Shown here: one piece after another, positions 35,201 to 48,439 of the stretch | Numbering within the stretch: position 1 is the stretch's first letter | Layout: every line of letters begins with the position of its first letter | Assembly: GCA_002269645.1 (NCBI GenBank) | Contig: NIVC01000553.1 | Coordinates: 404,554-468,553, forward strand | Direction: 5' to 3' | DNA from: Macrostomum lignano | Taxonomy: Eukaryota | DNA: 64,000 nt | Translations under genes and position numbers: made by a program | The notes under the pieces: model-generated | Seen by the model: the letters and a program-made list of their open reading frames with translations, nothing else | Databases searched by the model: none | What the model was told of the DNA's origin: nothing

Positions 35201-38200
35201 GATGAGATGCAAGAGGATATGAGATGCAAGAGGAGATGAGATGCGAGAGGAGATAACCAAGGCAGGCTAATAAAAAAGCGGAAAAAGGTACACAGTGAAA
35301 CAGCTACGAGTAACAGATGGCAAGGCAGTGGCCGCATCGTTAGATACAAGCAGCCAGTTGCTATCTAGCAGAGGCGGGCCTGATTGAGTTTTCCTAGACA
35401 CGGTCGACCTGAGCCACGCCCGAAAACAGTTCCTCTCGACTGCGGCCCGCAATCGGGCATGCCTTAGCAAGCTGTTCCAGTTAACCTATTCACGTTTTTG
35501 CATGTTTACCCTCTGCAGCCTGCACTGCCGCGCTTGCACCGGACGGGCGGGGGACGCAACTAAACCAATAGGTTTTGGAGACAATGCGGAGTGTATTGCA
35601 GTAGCTAATCTGTGAGATCGAAGCTTGTCGACTAAAAACACTTGGCTGGCCCCGCAACTGAGGACCTGGGATTCTGGCTGCCGAGCAACTGAGGATTTGG
35701 GAGACTGGCCCAGGGGATCTGGGAGGCTGGCTGCCTAGCAACTGAGGATCTGGGAGGCTGACTGTCCAGCAACTGAGGATCTGGGAGGCTGACTGTCCAG
35801 CAACTGAGGATCTGGGAGGCTGACTGCCCAGCAACTGAGGATCTGGGAGACCGGCCCAGGGGATCTGGGAGGCTGGCTGCCTAGCGACTGAGGATCTGGG
35901 AGACTGGCCCCGGGGATCTGGGAGGCTGGCTGCCTAGCAACTGAGGATCTGGGAGACTGGCCCCGGGGATCTGGGAGGCTGGCTGCCTAGCGACTGAGGA
36001 TCTGGGAGACTGGCCCAGGGGATCTGGGAGACTGGCCCAGGGGATCTGGGAGGCTGGCTGCCTAGCGACTGAGGATCTGGGAGACTGGCCCCGGGGATCT
36101 GGGAGGCTGGCTGCCTAGCAACTGAGGAGCTGGGAGGCCAGAGGCACTCACCCACTAAGCTCAGAGTGAAGCAGTCAGTAAGCACTCACCCACTAAGCTC
36201 AGAGTGAAGCAGTCAGTAAGCACTCACCCACTAAGCTCAGAGTGAAGCAGTCAGTAAGCACTCACCCACTAAGCTCAGAGTGAAGCAGTCAGTAAGCACT
36301 CACCCACTAAGCTCAGAGTGAAGCAGTCAGTAAGCATCCACCCACTAAGCTCAGAGTGAAGCAGTCAGTAAGCACTCACCCACTAAGCTTAGAGTGAAGC
36401 AGTCAGTAAGCACTCACCCACTAAGCTTAGAGTGAAGCAGTCAGTAAGCACTCACCCACTAAGCTTAGAGTGAAGCAGTCAGTAAGCACTCACCCACTAA
36501 GCTCAGAGTGAAGCAGTCAGTAAGCACTCACCCACTAAGCTCAGAGTGAAGCAGTCAGTAAGCACTCACCCACTAAGCTCAGAGTGAAGCAGTCAGTAAG
36601 CACTCACCCACTAAGCTTAGAGTGAAGCAGTCAGTAAGCACTCACCCACTAAGCTCAGAGTGAAGCAGTCAGTAAGCACTCACCCACTAAGCTCAGAGTG
36701 AAGCAGTCAGTGTGCACCAAGCCCTTCTCGCCGCGTTTCTCAGTCCGCTTAGCGTAGCCGCCAACCAAGCAGATGCCGGAGTCGTCAGGCAGAGGAAACA
36801 GCAGGCAGGCAGACCGAGGACTGGGCGGCGAGCCAGTGGTTCGAATCTCAGTCCAGACTCGAGTATCCAAATCAAACGACCACAGATCGTTGAAATAGCG
36901 AAACGTGCGGCCGTTGTCATGGAAACCGCCAAATACTAGGAGACGAACTTGGGGTCGTTTCAAGGCCAGCATTCGGTGACCACTGCGAGGACAGGGGGCC
37001 GGGCTGCCCGAGGCCGGGGTCACTTTGCGCCACTGACGCGACTTTACGGTCCAAGACCAGATGTCATCGTAGTGATGGAACTGCGACTCGGTTGGAGTGG
37101 CGAACTCGCCTCCGAATACGAACAAATGATCGCCTGAGCCTGAGGGCGGCTTGGCCATGGTCGCCTGTGGACAGGTGGGGAAGGGCGATTCTCAAGGTCG
37201 CGGTAGGGCGATTCTCAAGGTCGCGGTAGGGCGATTCTCAAGGTCGCGGTAGGGCGATTCTCAAGGGTGCAGTAGGGCGATTCTCAAGGGTGCAGTAGAG
37301 CGATTCTCAAGGGTGCAGTAGGGCGATTCTCAAGGGTACAGTAGGGCGATTCTCAAGGTCGCGGTAGGGCGATTCTCAAGGTCGCGGTGGAGCGATTCTC
37401 AAGGGTGCAGTAGGGCGATTCTCAAGGGTGCAGTAGAGCGATTCTCAAGGTTGGGAAAGGCCGATTCTCAAGGGTGCAGTAGGGCGATTCTCAAGGGTGC
37501 AGTAGGGCGATTCTCAAGGTTGGGAAAGGCCGATTCTCAAGGGTGCAGTAGGGCGATTCTCAAGGGTGCAGTAGGGCGATTCTCAAGGGTGCAGTAGGGT
37601 GATTCTCAAGGGTGCAGTAGGGCGATTCTCAAGGGTGCAGTAGGGCGATTCTCAAGGGTGCAGTAGGGCGATTCTTAAGGGTGCAGTAGAGTGATTCTCA
37701 AGGGTGCAGTAGGGCGATTCTCAAGGGTGCAGTAGGGCGATTCTCAAGGGTGCAGTAGGGCGATTCTCAAGGGTGCAGTAGGGCGATTCTCAAGGGTGCA
37801 GTAGAGCGATTCTCAAGGGTGCAGTAGGGCGATTCTCAAGGGTGCAGTAGGGCGATTCTCAAGGGTGCAGTAGGGCGATTCTCAAGGGTGCAGTAGAGCG
37901 ATTCTCAAGGGTGCAGTAGGGCGATTCTCAAGGTTGGGAAAGGCCGATTCTCAAGGGTGCAGTAGAGTGATTCTCAAGGGTGCAGTAGGGCGATTCTCAA
38001 GGGTGCAGTAGAGCGATTCTCAAGGGTGCAGTAGAGTGATTCTCAAGGTTGGGAAAGGCCGATTCTCAAGGGTGCAGTAGGGCGATTCTCAAGGGTGCAG
38101 TAGGGCGATTCTCAAGGGTGCAGTAGGGCGATTCTTAAGGGTGCAGTAGGGCGATTCTCAAGGGTGCAGTAGGGCGATTCTCAAGGGTGCAGTAGGGCGA

Positions 38201-40997
38201 TTCTCAAGGGTGCAGTAGAGTGATTCTCAAGGGTGCAGTAGGGCGATTCTCAAGGGTGCAGTAGGGCGATTCTCAAGGGTGCAGTAGGGCGATTCTCAAG
38301 GGTGCAGTAGAGTGATTCTCAAGGGTGCAGTAGGGCGATTCTTAAGGGTGCAGTAGGGCGATTCTCAAGGGTGCAGTAGGGCGATTCTCAAGGGTACAGT
38401 AGGGCGATTCTCAAGGGTGCAGTAGAGCGATTCTCAAGGGTGCAGTAGGGCGATTCTCAAGGGTGCAGTAGGGCGATTCTCAAGTGTGCAGTAGGGCGAT
38501 TCTCAAGGGTGCAGTAGAGTGATTCTCAAGGTTGGGAAAGGCCGATTCTCAAGGGTGCAGTAGGGCGATTCTCAAGGGTGCAGTAGGGCGATTCTCAAGG
38601 GTGCAGTAGGGCGATTCTCAAGGGTGCAGTAGGGCGATTCTCAAGGGTGCAGTAGGGTGATTCTCAAGGGTACAGTAGGGCGATTCTCAAGGGTGCAGTA
38701 GGGCGATTCTCAAGGGTGCAGTAGAGCGATTCTCAAGGGTGCAGTAGGGCGATTCTCAAGGGTGCAGTAGGGCGATTCTCAAGGGTGCAGTAGGGCGATT
38801 CTCAAGGGTGCAGTAGAGCGATTCTCAAGGGTGCAGTAGGGCGATTCTCAAGGGTGCAGTAGGGCGATTCTCAAGGGTGCAGTAGGGCGATTCTCAAGGT
38901 CGCGGTAGGGCGATTCTCAAGGTCGCGGTAGGGCGATTCTCAAGGGTGCAGTAGGGCGATTCTCAAGGGTGCAGTAGGGCGATTCTCAAGGTCGCGGTAG
39001 GGCGATTCTCAAGGTCGCGGTAGGGCGATTCTCAAGGGTGCAGTAGGGCGATTCTCAAGGGTGCAGTAGAGCGATTCTCAAGGGTGCAGTAGGGCGATTC
39101 TCAAGGGTGCAGTAGGGCGATTCTCAAGGTCGCGGTAGGGCGATTCTCAAGGTCGCGGTGGAGCGATTCTCAAGGGTGCAGTAGGGCGATTCTCAAGGGT
39201 GCAGTAGGGCGATTCTCAAGGGTGCAGTAGGGCGATTCTCAAGGGTGCAGTAGGGCGATTCTCAAGGGTACAGTAGGGCGATTCTCAAGGGTGCAGTAGG
39301 GCGATTCTCAAGGGTGCAGTAGGGCGATTCTCAAGGGTGCAGTAGGGCGATTCTCAAGGGTGCAGTAGGGCGATTCTCAAGGGTGCAGTAGGGCGATTCT
39401 CAAGGGTGCAGTAGGGCGATTCTCAAGGGTGCAGTAGAGCGATTCTCAAGGGTGCAGTAGGGCGATTCTCAAGGGTGCAGTAGGGCGATTCTCAAGGGTG
39501 CAGTAGGGCGATTCTCAAGGGTACAGTAGGGCGATTCTCAAGGTCGCGGTAGGGCGATTCTCAAGGGTGCAGTAGGGCGATTCTCAAGGGTGCAGTAGGG
39601 CGATTCTCAAGGGTGCAGTAGGGCGATTCTCAAGGGTGCAGTAGGGCGATTCTCAAGGGTGCAGTAGGGCGATTCTCAAGGGTGCAGTAGGGCGATTCTC
39701 AAGGGTGCAGTAGGGCGATTCTCAAGGGTGCAGTAGGGCGATTCTCAAGGGTGCAGTAGGGCGATTCTCAAGGGTGCAGTAGGGCGATTCTCAAGGGTGC
39801 AGTAGAGCGATTCTCAAGGGTGCAGTAGGGCGATTCTCAAGGGTGCAGTAGGGCGATTCTCAAGGGTGCAGTAGGGCGATTCTCAAGGGTACAGTAGGGC
39901 GATTCTCAAGGTCGCGGTAGGGCGATTCTCAAGGTCGCGGTGGAGCGATTCTCAAGGGTGCAGTAGGGCGATTCTCAAGGGTGCAGTAGGGCGATTCTCA
40001 AGGGTGCAGTAGGGCGATTCTCAAGGGTGCAGTAGGGCGATTCTCAAGGGTGCAGTAGGGCGATTCTCAAGGGTGCAGTAGGGCGATTCTCAAGGGTGCA
40101 GTAGGGCGATTCTCAAGGGTGCAGTAGGGCGATTCTCAAGGGTGCAGTAGGGCGATTCTCAAGGGTGCAGTAGAGCGATTCTCAAGGGTGCAGTAGGGCG
40201 ATTCTCAAGGGTGCAGTAGGGCGATTCTCAAGGGTGCAGTAGAGCGATTCTCAAGGGTGCAGTAGGGCGATTCTCAAGGGTGCAGTAGGGCGATTCTCAA
40301 GGGTGCAGTAGGGCGATTCTCAAGGGTGCAGTAGGGCGATTCTCAAGGGTGCAGTAGGGCGATTCTCAAGGGTGCAGTAGGGCGATTCTCAAGGGTGCAG
40401 TAGGGCGATTCTCAAGGGTGCAGTAGGGCGATTCTCAAGGGTGCAGTAGAGCGATTCTCAAGGGTGCAGTAGGGCGATTCTCAAGGTCGGGAAAAGGAGA
40501 GGGCGATTTTCAAGTTCGGGAAAAAGGGAAAGGCGATTCTCAAGGTCGCGGAAGCGCGATTTTCGGAGAGAAGGTAATCTCACCTAATGCGCACACCTAG
40601 GCGTTGGCAAAGTGCCGCCACCCAGTCGAATCCACCGGTTTTCAACCGGCCTATAGACCAGATGCTCATTGAGCACTTTCAGCCTCCCAGTCTCCGGCAG
40701 CCGCTGCTCTCCACCGAACAGGTAAATCTCTGATCGGCGAGAATTCGCAGTCCAACTGAAATTACTTCTAGGCGAAGGGCGAAACTCGCTGTCGCCGTTG
40801 GCAGGTTCGGTTAGCTCCATCAGTGGTCGCCATTTTGCAGCCTCCTCAGCTTCTAGCTGAGCTATCACAGCTGCTACATCATCTTCTCCGGCAGTTTTTG
40901 CCGCTTTCGAAGCTTTTTTAGCGGCTTTGCGTTCAGTTTTGGCGGCAGTCTTCTCCGCCCCGTGACCTTTCTTCTTGTCCTTCTTGTTCTTGCCCAT
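32291..40997 (-). CDS. KLHDC4: Kelch domain-containing protein 4 homologue. Exons 40997-40584, 37164-36684, 33114-32291. Carries an in-frame TAG at 40584-40586, so it may be a nonsense allele, a pseudogene copy or a base-call error.
   Basis: N-terminus MGKNKKDKKKGHGAEKTAAKTERK; kelch repeats PSPRSNFS..IYLFGGE, PRCAH, LFVFGGEF..QFHHYDDIW, PRSGHRM..VFGGFHD..YFNDLW, PSPRSAC, TFGGVFD..FNELY, LYLYGGIYE; acidic tract; C-terminal region resembling DUF4110. Junction phases are 0 and 1 and are consistent. Confidence 0.9.
33130..33908. repeat. 31-bp intronic minisatellite (GCTCAAGTGAGGGAGATGCTGAGMTGCCATG)
   Basis: Direct reading. Confidence 0.97.
34545..35255. repeat. Purine-rich ~17-bp minisatellite (GAGGAGATGAGATGCGA)
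   Basis: Direct reading. Confidence 0.92.
35655..36140. repeat. Composite minisatellite built from GGATCTGGGAGRCTG modules
   Basis: Direct reading. Confidence 0.88.
36144..36710 (-). repeat. 38-bp array made of 28 nt of KLHDC4 exon 2 end plus 10 nt of splice donor, 15 copies
   Basis: Sense unit ACTGACTGCTTCACTCTGAGCTTAGTGG|GTGAGTGCTT. Confidence 0.97.
37183..40556. repeat. 23-bp minisatellite (GGGCGATTCTCAAGGGTGCAGTA) filling KLHDC4 intron 1, roughly 145 copies
   Basis: Direct reading. Confidence 0.98.
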
Positions 40998-41111
40998 TTT
41001 GAGGCGTCTGATTTTAAAATTAAAATTGCAGCGTAAATTCCTACCTGTCACTGAATCAATACGGCAATGTTTTCTAGGAATATACAGGCCTATACACTAG
41101 AATTCCACCCA

Positions 41112-43447
41112 TCATATACTATGGAACTTTAGAATCTCACCCACTAGATTATAGGACTCTAGAATCTCACCCACTAGATTATAGGACTCTAGAATCTCAC
41201 CCACTAGATTATAGGACTCTAGAATCTCACCCGCTAGATTATAGGACTCTAGAATCTCACCCGCTAGATTATAGGACTCTAGAATCTCACCCGCTAGATT
41301 ATAGGACTCTAGAATCTCACCCGCTAGATTATAGGACTCTAGAATCTCACCCGCTAGATTATAGGACTCTAGAATCTCACCCACTAGATTATAGGACTCT
41401 AGAATCTCACCCGCTAGATTATAGGACTCTAGAATCTCACCCACTAGATTATAGGACTCTAGAATCTCACCCACTAGATTATAGGACTCTAGAATCTCAC
41501 CCGCTAGATTATAGGACTCTAGAATCTCACCTACTAGATTATAGGACTCTAGAATCTCACCCACTAGATTATAGGACTCTAGAATCTCACCCGCTAGATT
41601 ATAGGACTCTAGAATCTCACCCACTAGATTATAGGACTCTAGAATCTCACCCGCTAGATTATAGGACTCTAGAATCTCACCTACTAGATTATAGGACTCT
41701 AGAATCTCACCCACTAGATTATAGGACTCTAGAATCTCACCCACTAGATAATAGGACTCTAGAATCTCACCCATAGATTATAGGGACTCTAGAATCTCAC
41801 CCACTAGATTATAGGACTCTAGAATCTCACCCACTAAATAATAGGACTCTAGAATCTCACCCATAGATTATAGGGACTCTAGAATCTCACCCATAGATTA
41901 TAGGGACTCTGGAATCTCACCCGCTAGATTATAGGACTCTAGAATCTCACCCGCTAGATTATAGGACTCTAGAATCTCACCCGCTAGATTATAGGACTCT
42001 AGAATCTCACCCATAGATTATAGGGACTCTAGAATCTCACCCATAGATTATAGGGACTCTGGAATCTCACCCGCTAGATTATAGGACTCTAGAATCTCAC
42101 CCATAGATTATAGGACTCTAGAATCTCACCCACTAGATTATAGGACTCTAGAATCTCACCCGCTAGATTATAGGACTCTAGAATCTCACCCACTAGATTA
42201 TAAGACTCTAGAATCTCACCTACTAGATTATAGGACTCTAGAATCTCACCCGCTAGATTATAGGGACTCTAGAATCTCACCGCTAGATTATAGGACTCTA
42301 GAATCTCACCCGCTAGATTATAGGACTCTAGAATCTCACCCACTAGATTATAGGACTCTAGAATCTCACCCACTAGATTATAGGACTCTAGAATCTCACC
42401 CACTAGATTATAGGACTCTAGAATCTCACCCGCTAGATTATAGGACTCTAGAATCTCACCCATAGATTCTAGGGACTCTAGAATCTCACCCACTAGATTA
42501 TAGGACTCCAGAATCTCACCCACTAAATAATAGGACTCTAGAATCTCACCCGCTTGATTATAAGACTCTAGAATCTTACCCACTAAATAATAGGACTCTA
42601 GAATCTCACCCATAGATTATAGGGACTCTAGAATCTCACCCATAGATTATAGGGACTCTGGAATCTCACCCGCCAGATTATAGGACTCTAGAATCTCACC
42701 CACTAAATAATAGGACTCTAGAATCTCACCCACTAAATTATAGGGACTCTAGAATCTCACCCACTAGATTATAGGACTCTAGAATCTCACCCACTAGATT
42801 ATAGGACTCTAGAATCTCACCCGCTAGATTATAGGACTCTAGAATCTCACCCACTAGATTATAGGACTCTAGAATCTCACCCACTAGATTATAGGACTCT
42901 AGAATCTCACCCATAGATTATAGGACTCTAGAATCTCCCCCCCCCACAAAATTATAGGACTCTAGAATCTCACCCACTAGATTATAGGACTCTAGAATCT
43001 CACCCATAGATTATAGGACTCTAGAATCTCCCCCCCCCACAAAATTATAGGACTCTAGAATCTCACCCGCTAGATTAAAGGGACTCTAGAATCTCCCCCC
43101 CCCACAAAATTATAGGACTCTAGAATCTCACCCGCTAGATTAAAGGGACTCTAGAATCTCCCCCCCACAAAATTATAGGACTCTAGAATCTCACCCGCTA
43201 GATTAAAGGGACTCTAGAATCTCCCCCCCCACAAAATTATAGGACTCTAGAATCTCACCCACTAGATTATAGGACTCTAGAATCCCCCCCACTAGATTAA
43301 AGGGACTCTAGAATCTCCCCCCCCCCACAAAATTATAGGACTCTAGAATCTCACCCACTAGATTATAGGACTCTAGAATCTCACCCGCTAGATTAAAGGG
43401 ACTCTAGAATCTCCCCTCCCCCACAAAATTATAGGACTCTAGAATCT
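41112..43447. repeat. 30-bp minisatellite (ACTAGATTATAGGACTCTAGAATCTCACCC)
   Basis: Direct reading. Confidence 0.98.
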
Positions 43448-43809
43448 ATAGAGCCACTAGATAAACGCATATAATACAAAGTCACGAAAATAAAAAGGCT
43501 AAACAGCTCAAACACTGACAAAAAACATTTATCTCTATTGTAAAATACAAAATGCTACTACACAGGAGTAAAAAACTACGGGAAAGACAGAGGTACAAAG
43601 CGCATAATTAACTATTAATTAACTTAGGTCATATAAACAAAGAGAAAATGATTTTATATAAATATACGCATGCACATACTTTACAGATACACCCAAAAAT
43701 AATCTAATAATCCATTTTATTGAGGGTTAAATAATTCAGTTAGCAGCCAGTAGTTCCTTTCTGTCAAGCGGAGTGCAGAAACTAAAATGAGAGGTGGTTC
43801 AAGCAAACT

Positions 43810-44440
43810 GCGGTAGGAGGGGCAAAGGGGGTTTAAGCACAAACAGGGGTAGGAGGGCAGAGGGGGTTCAAGCACAAACTGGGGTAGGAGGGGCAGAAGG
43901 GTTCAAGCACAAACTGGGGCAGAATGGGCAAAGGGGGTTTAAGCACAAACTTCGGTAGAAGGGGCAGACCCCCGTTCAAACACAGACTTGGGTAGGAGGG
44001 GCAGAGGGGGTTCAAGCACAGACTAGGGTAGGAGGGGCAGAGGGGGTTCAAGCACAGACTAAGGTAGGAGGGGCAGAGGGGGTTCAAGCACAGACTAGGG
44101 TAGGAGGGGCAGAGGGGGTTCAAGCACACAGACTGGGGTAGGAGGGGCAGAGGGGGTTCAAGCACAAACTGGGATAGGAGGGGCAGAGAGGTTCAAGCAC
44201 AGACTGGGATAGGAGGGGCAGAGGGGTTCAAGCACAGACTGGGGTAGAAGGGGCAGAGGGGATTCAAGCACACAGACTGGGGTAGGAGGGGCAGAGGGGG
44301 TTCAAGCACAGACTGGGGTAGGAGGGGCAGAGGGGGTTTAAGCACACAGACGGGGTTGGAGGGGCAGAAGGGGTTCAAAAACAGACTGGGGCAAGATGGG
44401 CAGAGGGGGTTCAAACACAGACTTGGGCAGGAGGGGCTGG
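43810..44440. repeat. ~36-bp G-rich minisatellite (GCACAGACTGGGGTAGGAGGGGCAGAGGGGGTTCAA)
   Basis: Direct reading. Confidence 0.93.
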
Positions 44441-45162
44441 GGCGTTCATTTTTAAGGCATCCTAGATCGCAGTAATCAATAGCGGTCACTTAGAAACTGT
44501 CTATTTATCATTGAGACAAATATTTTTGACAAGCGTCTGTCAGCACACAGAACCAATACTGATTGATTGATTGATTGATTATATTTAGGGTTTACCAGTC
44601 ATAGAATTCACTCAAAAACTAATTTGCTGCACTTCGATTCACTCTCCTTGTAATCATAATACATGTAGTCTCCTTGAACTTTTCAGTGAAGCGGCATCTT
44701 GTCTAGACTTGAGAAAATCATTCTTGAGAAAAGTTTTAGATTACACGTCATGTAGACTAAAGTAAATAAATTTATTTGGAACGAAAAGTACACAAATTAA
44801 TAATAACAGTCAATTAATTCACACTGATAAAAAAATTTGAAAAAAATTTTTGGTGATGAATGGTAACTGACTTGAATAAAACACATTGAATCACTATGGA
44901 TATTCAAGTTGGGTCACATTTTTATGCAGACAATAAATTTAAAGAATTGTCTTGTAAAACAGCTAACAGTGACTAGAAATGGTTTAGGATTAAAACGGCG
45001 ACTTTAAAGTGTTTTATTTGCTAGACAAATCACAGTGCCTAACAGGCAATATTGCCACACGGATAAATTGACAGGGGGTCAAGTAAATCACCATTAATGA
45101 GTGCTGAATAAATAATATAGTACAGATGAAGACAGATTAGCAGGCTGAAAATTAATTTGCTG

Positions 45163-45230
<68 letters not shown>

Positions 45231-45269
45231 CACACACAGACAGATAGACAGACAGACAGTCAGACAGAC

Positions 45270-45316
<47 letters not shown>

Positions 45317-45327
45317 CACACACAGAC

Positions 45328-45380
<53 letters not shown>

Positions 45381-45415
45381 GGCAGACAGACAGGCAGACA
45401 GGCAGACAGGCAGGC

Positions 45416-45485
<70 letters not shown>

Positions 45486-45535
45486 GCAGGCAGGCAGACA
45501 GACAGACAGACAGGCAGACAGGCAGACAGGCAGGC

Positions 45536-45600
<65 letters not shown>

Positions 45601-45633
45601 GGCAGACAGACAGACAGGCAGACAGACAGACAC

Positions 45634-45716
<83 letters not shown>

Positions 45717-45822
45717 GGCAGACAGGCAGGCAGGCAGACAGACAGACAGACAGACAGGCAGACAGGCAGGCAGGCAGGCAGACAGACAGACAGACAGACA
45801 GGCAGGCAGGCAGACAGGCAGA
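45163..45822. repeat. (ACAG/GCAG)n microsatellite
   Basis: Direct reading. Confidence 0.97.
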
Positions 45823-45940
45823 TAAAACTTGAAACCAAGCAAATATAAAATATAAATGGTTTCAGAAACAATAAAGCTTCAAAATCTTCAACAAAGAGCT
45901 GCAGGACCCAGACGGCAATAAAGGAGAACCAGCCGGTCAA

Positions 45941-48439
45941 CTACTCAGGCTCCCGACCTGCCGGGGCCAAGTCTGAGCAGTCAGGCTCCGTCTCGTCTTC
46001 AGATCGCATGCCGACGCAGCGGATTCCGTTCTTCAACGCTGGGGTGCCTTTGAATTTGCCTGAGTTGTCAAAAAAATGGGGATAAAAATCCCCACGGTAA
46101 TTGCAATTTAGTCTAAAACAAATAACTCAAGTTGATTCACTGGAGAACAGTGAATTTGAACACGAAATCCTGATTTTTTGTATAACTGTTTTCATTCACT
46201 AGTAAGGTCCGCTTTTTCCTACGATCGTTCTTTAAAATTAGATTTTTAATATTGCCCAACTGTAAAATGAGATGTACAATTTTACATGAGATCAGATGTA
46301 AAATTGATTATGAGATTTGACCGAAAATGATCTTCTATAACCGAATTCTAAGAAGACCAGAGATTCCCCATTATCAAATTCAAGAGAAAGATCTCCCGTG
46401 ACCGAAATTCCTAAAGTGAAAAGTCCCCAATGAACGTTACCGAAACAACGATTCTACACGACCAAATTCAAGAGAAAGATTCACCATGATCGAATTCAAA
46501 AAAATAGATTCTCCATGACCAAATTAAAGAGAAAGATTCCCATGACTGAAAATCCAAAAGAAAGATTCCTCATGACCGAATTCAAGAGAAAGATTCCTCA
46601 TGACCGAATTCAAGAGAAAGATTCCTCATGACCGAATTCAAGAGAAAGATTCCTCATGACCGAATTCAAGAGAAAGATTCCTCATGACCGAATTCAAGAG
46701 AAAGATTCCTCATGATCGAATTCAAAAGAAAAGATTCCCCATGACCGAATTCAAAAGAAATATTCCCCCATGACCGAATTCAAAAGAAAGATTCCCAAAT
46801 GACCGAATTCAAAAAAGAAATTCCCCATGACCAAATTAAAGAAAAAAATTCCCCATGACCAAATTAAAGAAAAAAATTCCTCACGACTGAATTCAAGAGA
46901 AAGATTCCGCATGACCGAATTTAAAAGAAAGATTCCCCATGACTCAATTCAAAAGAAAGATTCCCCATGACTCAATTCAAAAGAAAGATTCCCCATGACC
47001 GAATTCAAGAGAAAGTTCCCAATGACCGAATATCCGAAAAAAAGATTTCCTATGACCGAATATGTCAAAGAAAGATTCCCCATGACCCACTTCAAGAGAA
47101 AGATTCCCGATGACCGAACACCCCAAAGAAAGATTCTACATAACCGAATTCCACGAAAAAATACCCTGTGATAGAATTAAAGAGAAAGATTCCTCACAAT
47201 CAATATCAAGAGAAAGATTCCCCGTGACCAAATTGCCATCCAACTACTCACCTAACACTCTGGCGTGAAAGTGCACAGTGAGTTTCGCCTCCGAATCGAA
47301 GAGGCCCTCAGGCTGACGAGAACTCTCTTCAGAGCCTCTCAGAGTCAGCGACTCTCGCATCAGGCGCTCCTTATGAGCGAATAATTCGAACCGAAACACG
47401 TCAGCTGTGGAGTCATCCGTGCCAGGCTCGAATGACTTCAGTCTGACGAATAAATTGCTGATCGGATCGCAGACTTCAACAGAGCGACCAAGTTTGTGCT
47501 GACTTTTGTCAATTGATACGTCAACTTCGTACACGTGATTCACCTGGATAAGAGAAGTGCAGATGGATTCACTAATCCCATAATCTGAATCACTAATCCC
47601 ATGATCCAAATCCCATAATCTGAATCACTAATCCCATAATCCAAATCTCATAATCTGAATCACTAATCCATAATCCAAATCCCATAATCTGAATCACTAA
47701 TCCATAATCCTAATCCAATAATCTGAATCACTAATCCCATAATCCAAATCACGTAACCTGAATCACTAATCCATAATCCAAATCCCATAACCTGAATCAC
47801 TAATCACTAATCAAAATCCCATAATCTGTATCACTAATCCCATGATCCAAATCCCATAATCTGAATCACTAATCCCATGATCCAAATCCAATAATCTGAA
47901 TCACTAATCCTTGATCCGAATCCCTTAATCTGAATCACTAATCCCATGATCCAAATCCCATAATCTGAATCACTATTACACAACATAATCCAAATCCAAT
48001 AATCTGAATCACTAATCCATAATCCAAATCCAATAATCTGAATCACTAATACATAATCCAAATCCCATAACCTGAATCACTAATCCATAATCCAAATCCC
48101 ATAACCTGAATCACTAATCACTTATCAAAATCCCATAATCTGAATCACTAATCCCATAATCCAAATCATGTAATCTAAATCACTAATCCCACGAATCCAG
48201 ATCCTCCACTCTAGTTCAATAACGACACATTTCAAGGTAAAGCATTAAAACACAAAGACCACAAATACATCTCAAAATCAAACCTGCAAGAACCCGAGAT
48301 GAACATCGATGCAATCTGTACTGGTAGCATCAATCAGAATCTCCAGATCGTGATGCGACACCTCTTCTGGATTAAAGTGCACGTGACCGATAATTCCTTC
48401 GCCTGTGGTGCCTTGGAAATTATCATCCGTGCTGCTCAT
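45941..48439 (-). CDS. ADISSP: C20orf27/ADISSP (UPF0687) homologue, 188 aa. Exons 48439-48284, 47543-47252, 46059-45941.
   Basis: Spliced translation contains HVHF, GFLQ|VNHVYEV, AHKERLMRESLTL and HARVLG|KFKGTPALKNGIRCVG. These match my recollection of human C20orf27 (HVHF, GFLKILHRYEI, AHKEGVLKEEILL, QARVMDRHHGTPMLLDGVKCVG). Phases are 0 and 1; 567 nt ending in TAG. This gene is largely missed by the ORF track. Confidence 0.85.
46400..47228. repeat. Degenerate 28-bp intronic minisatellite (CCTCATGACCGAATTCAAGAGAAAGATT)
   Basis: Direct reading. Confidence 0.9.
47563..48200. repeat. 35-bp intronic minisatellite (GAATCACTAATCCCATAATCCAAATCCCATAATCT)
   Basis: Direct reading. Confidence 0.92.

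Noticed and set aside
36913-36926. X-box-like GTTGTCATGGAAAC in KLHDC4 exon 2
   Set aside because: It is dictated by the conserved kelch residues GFHDN. It shows that single X-box matches arise by chance in coding DNA.
40584-40586. Genetic-code reassignment of TAG to Gln
   Set aside because: ADISSP terminates at TAG at the expected position, and no other in-frame TAG occurs in the seven gene models.
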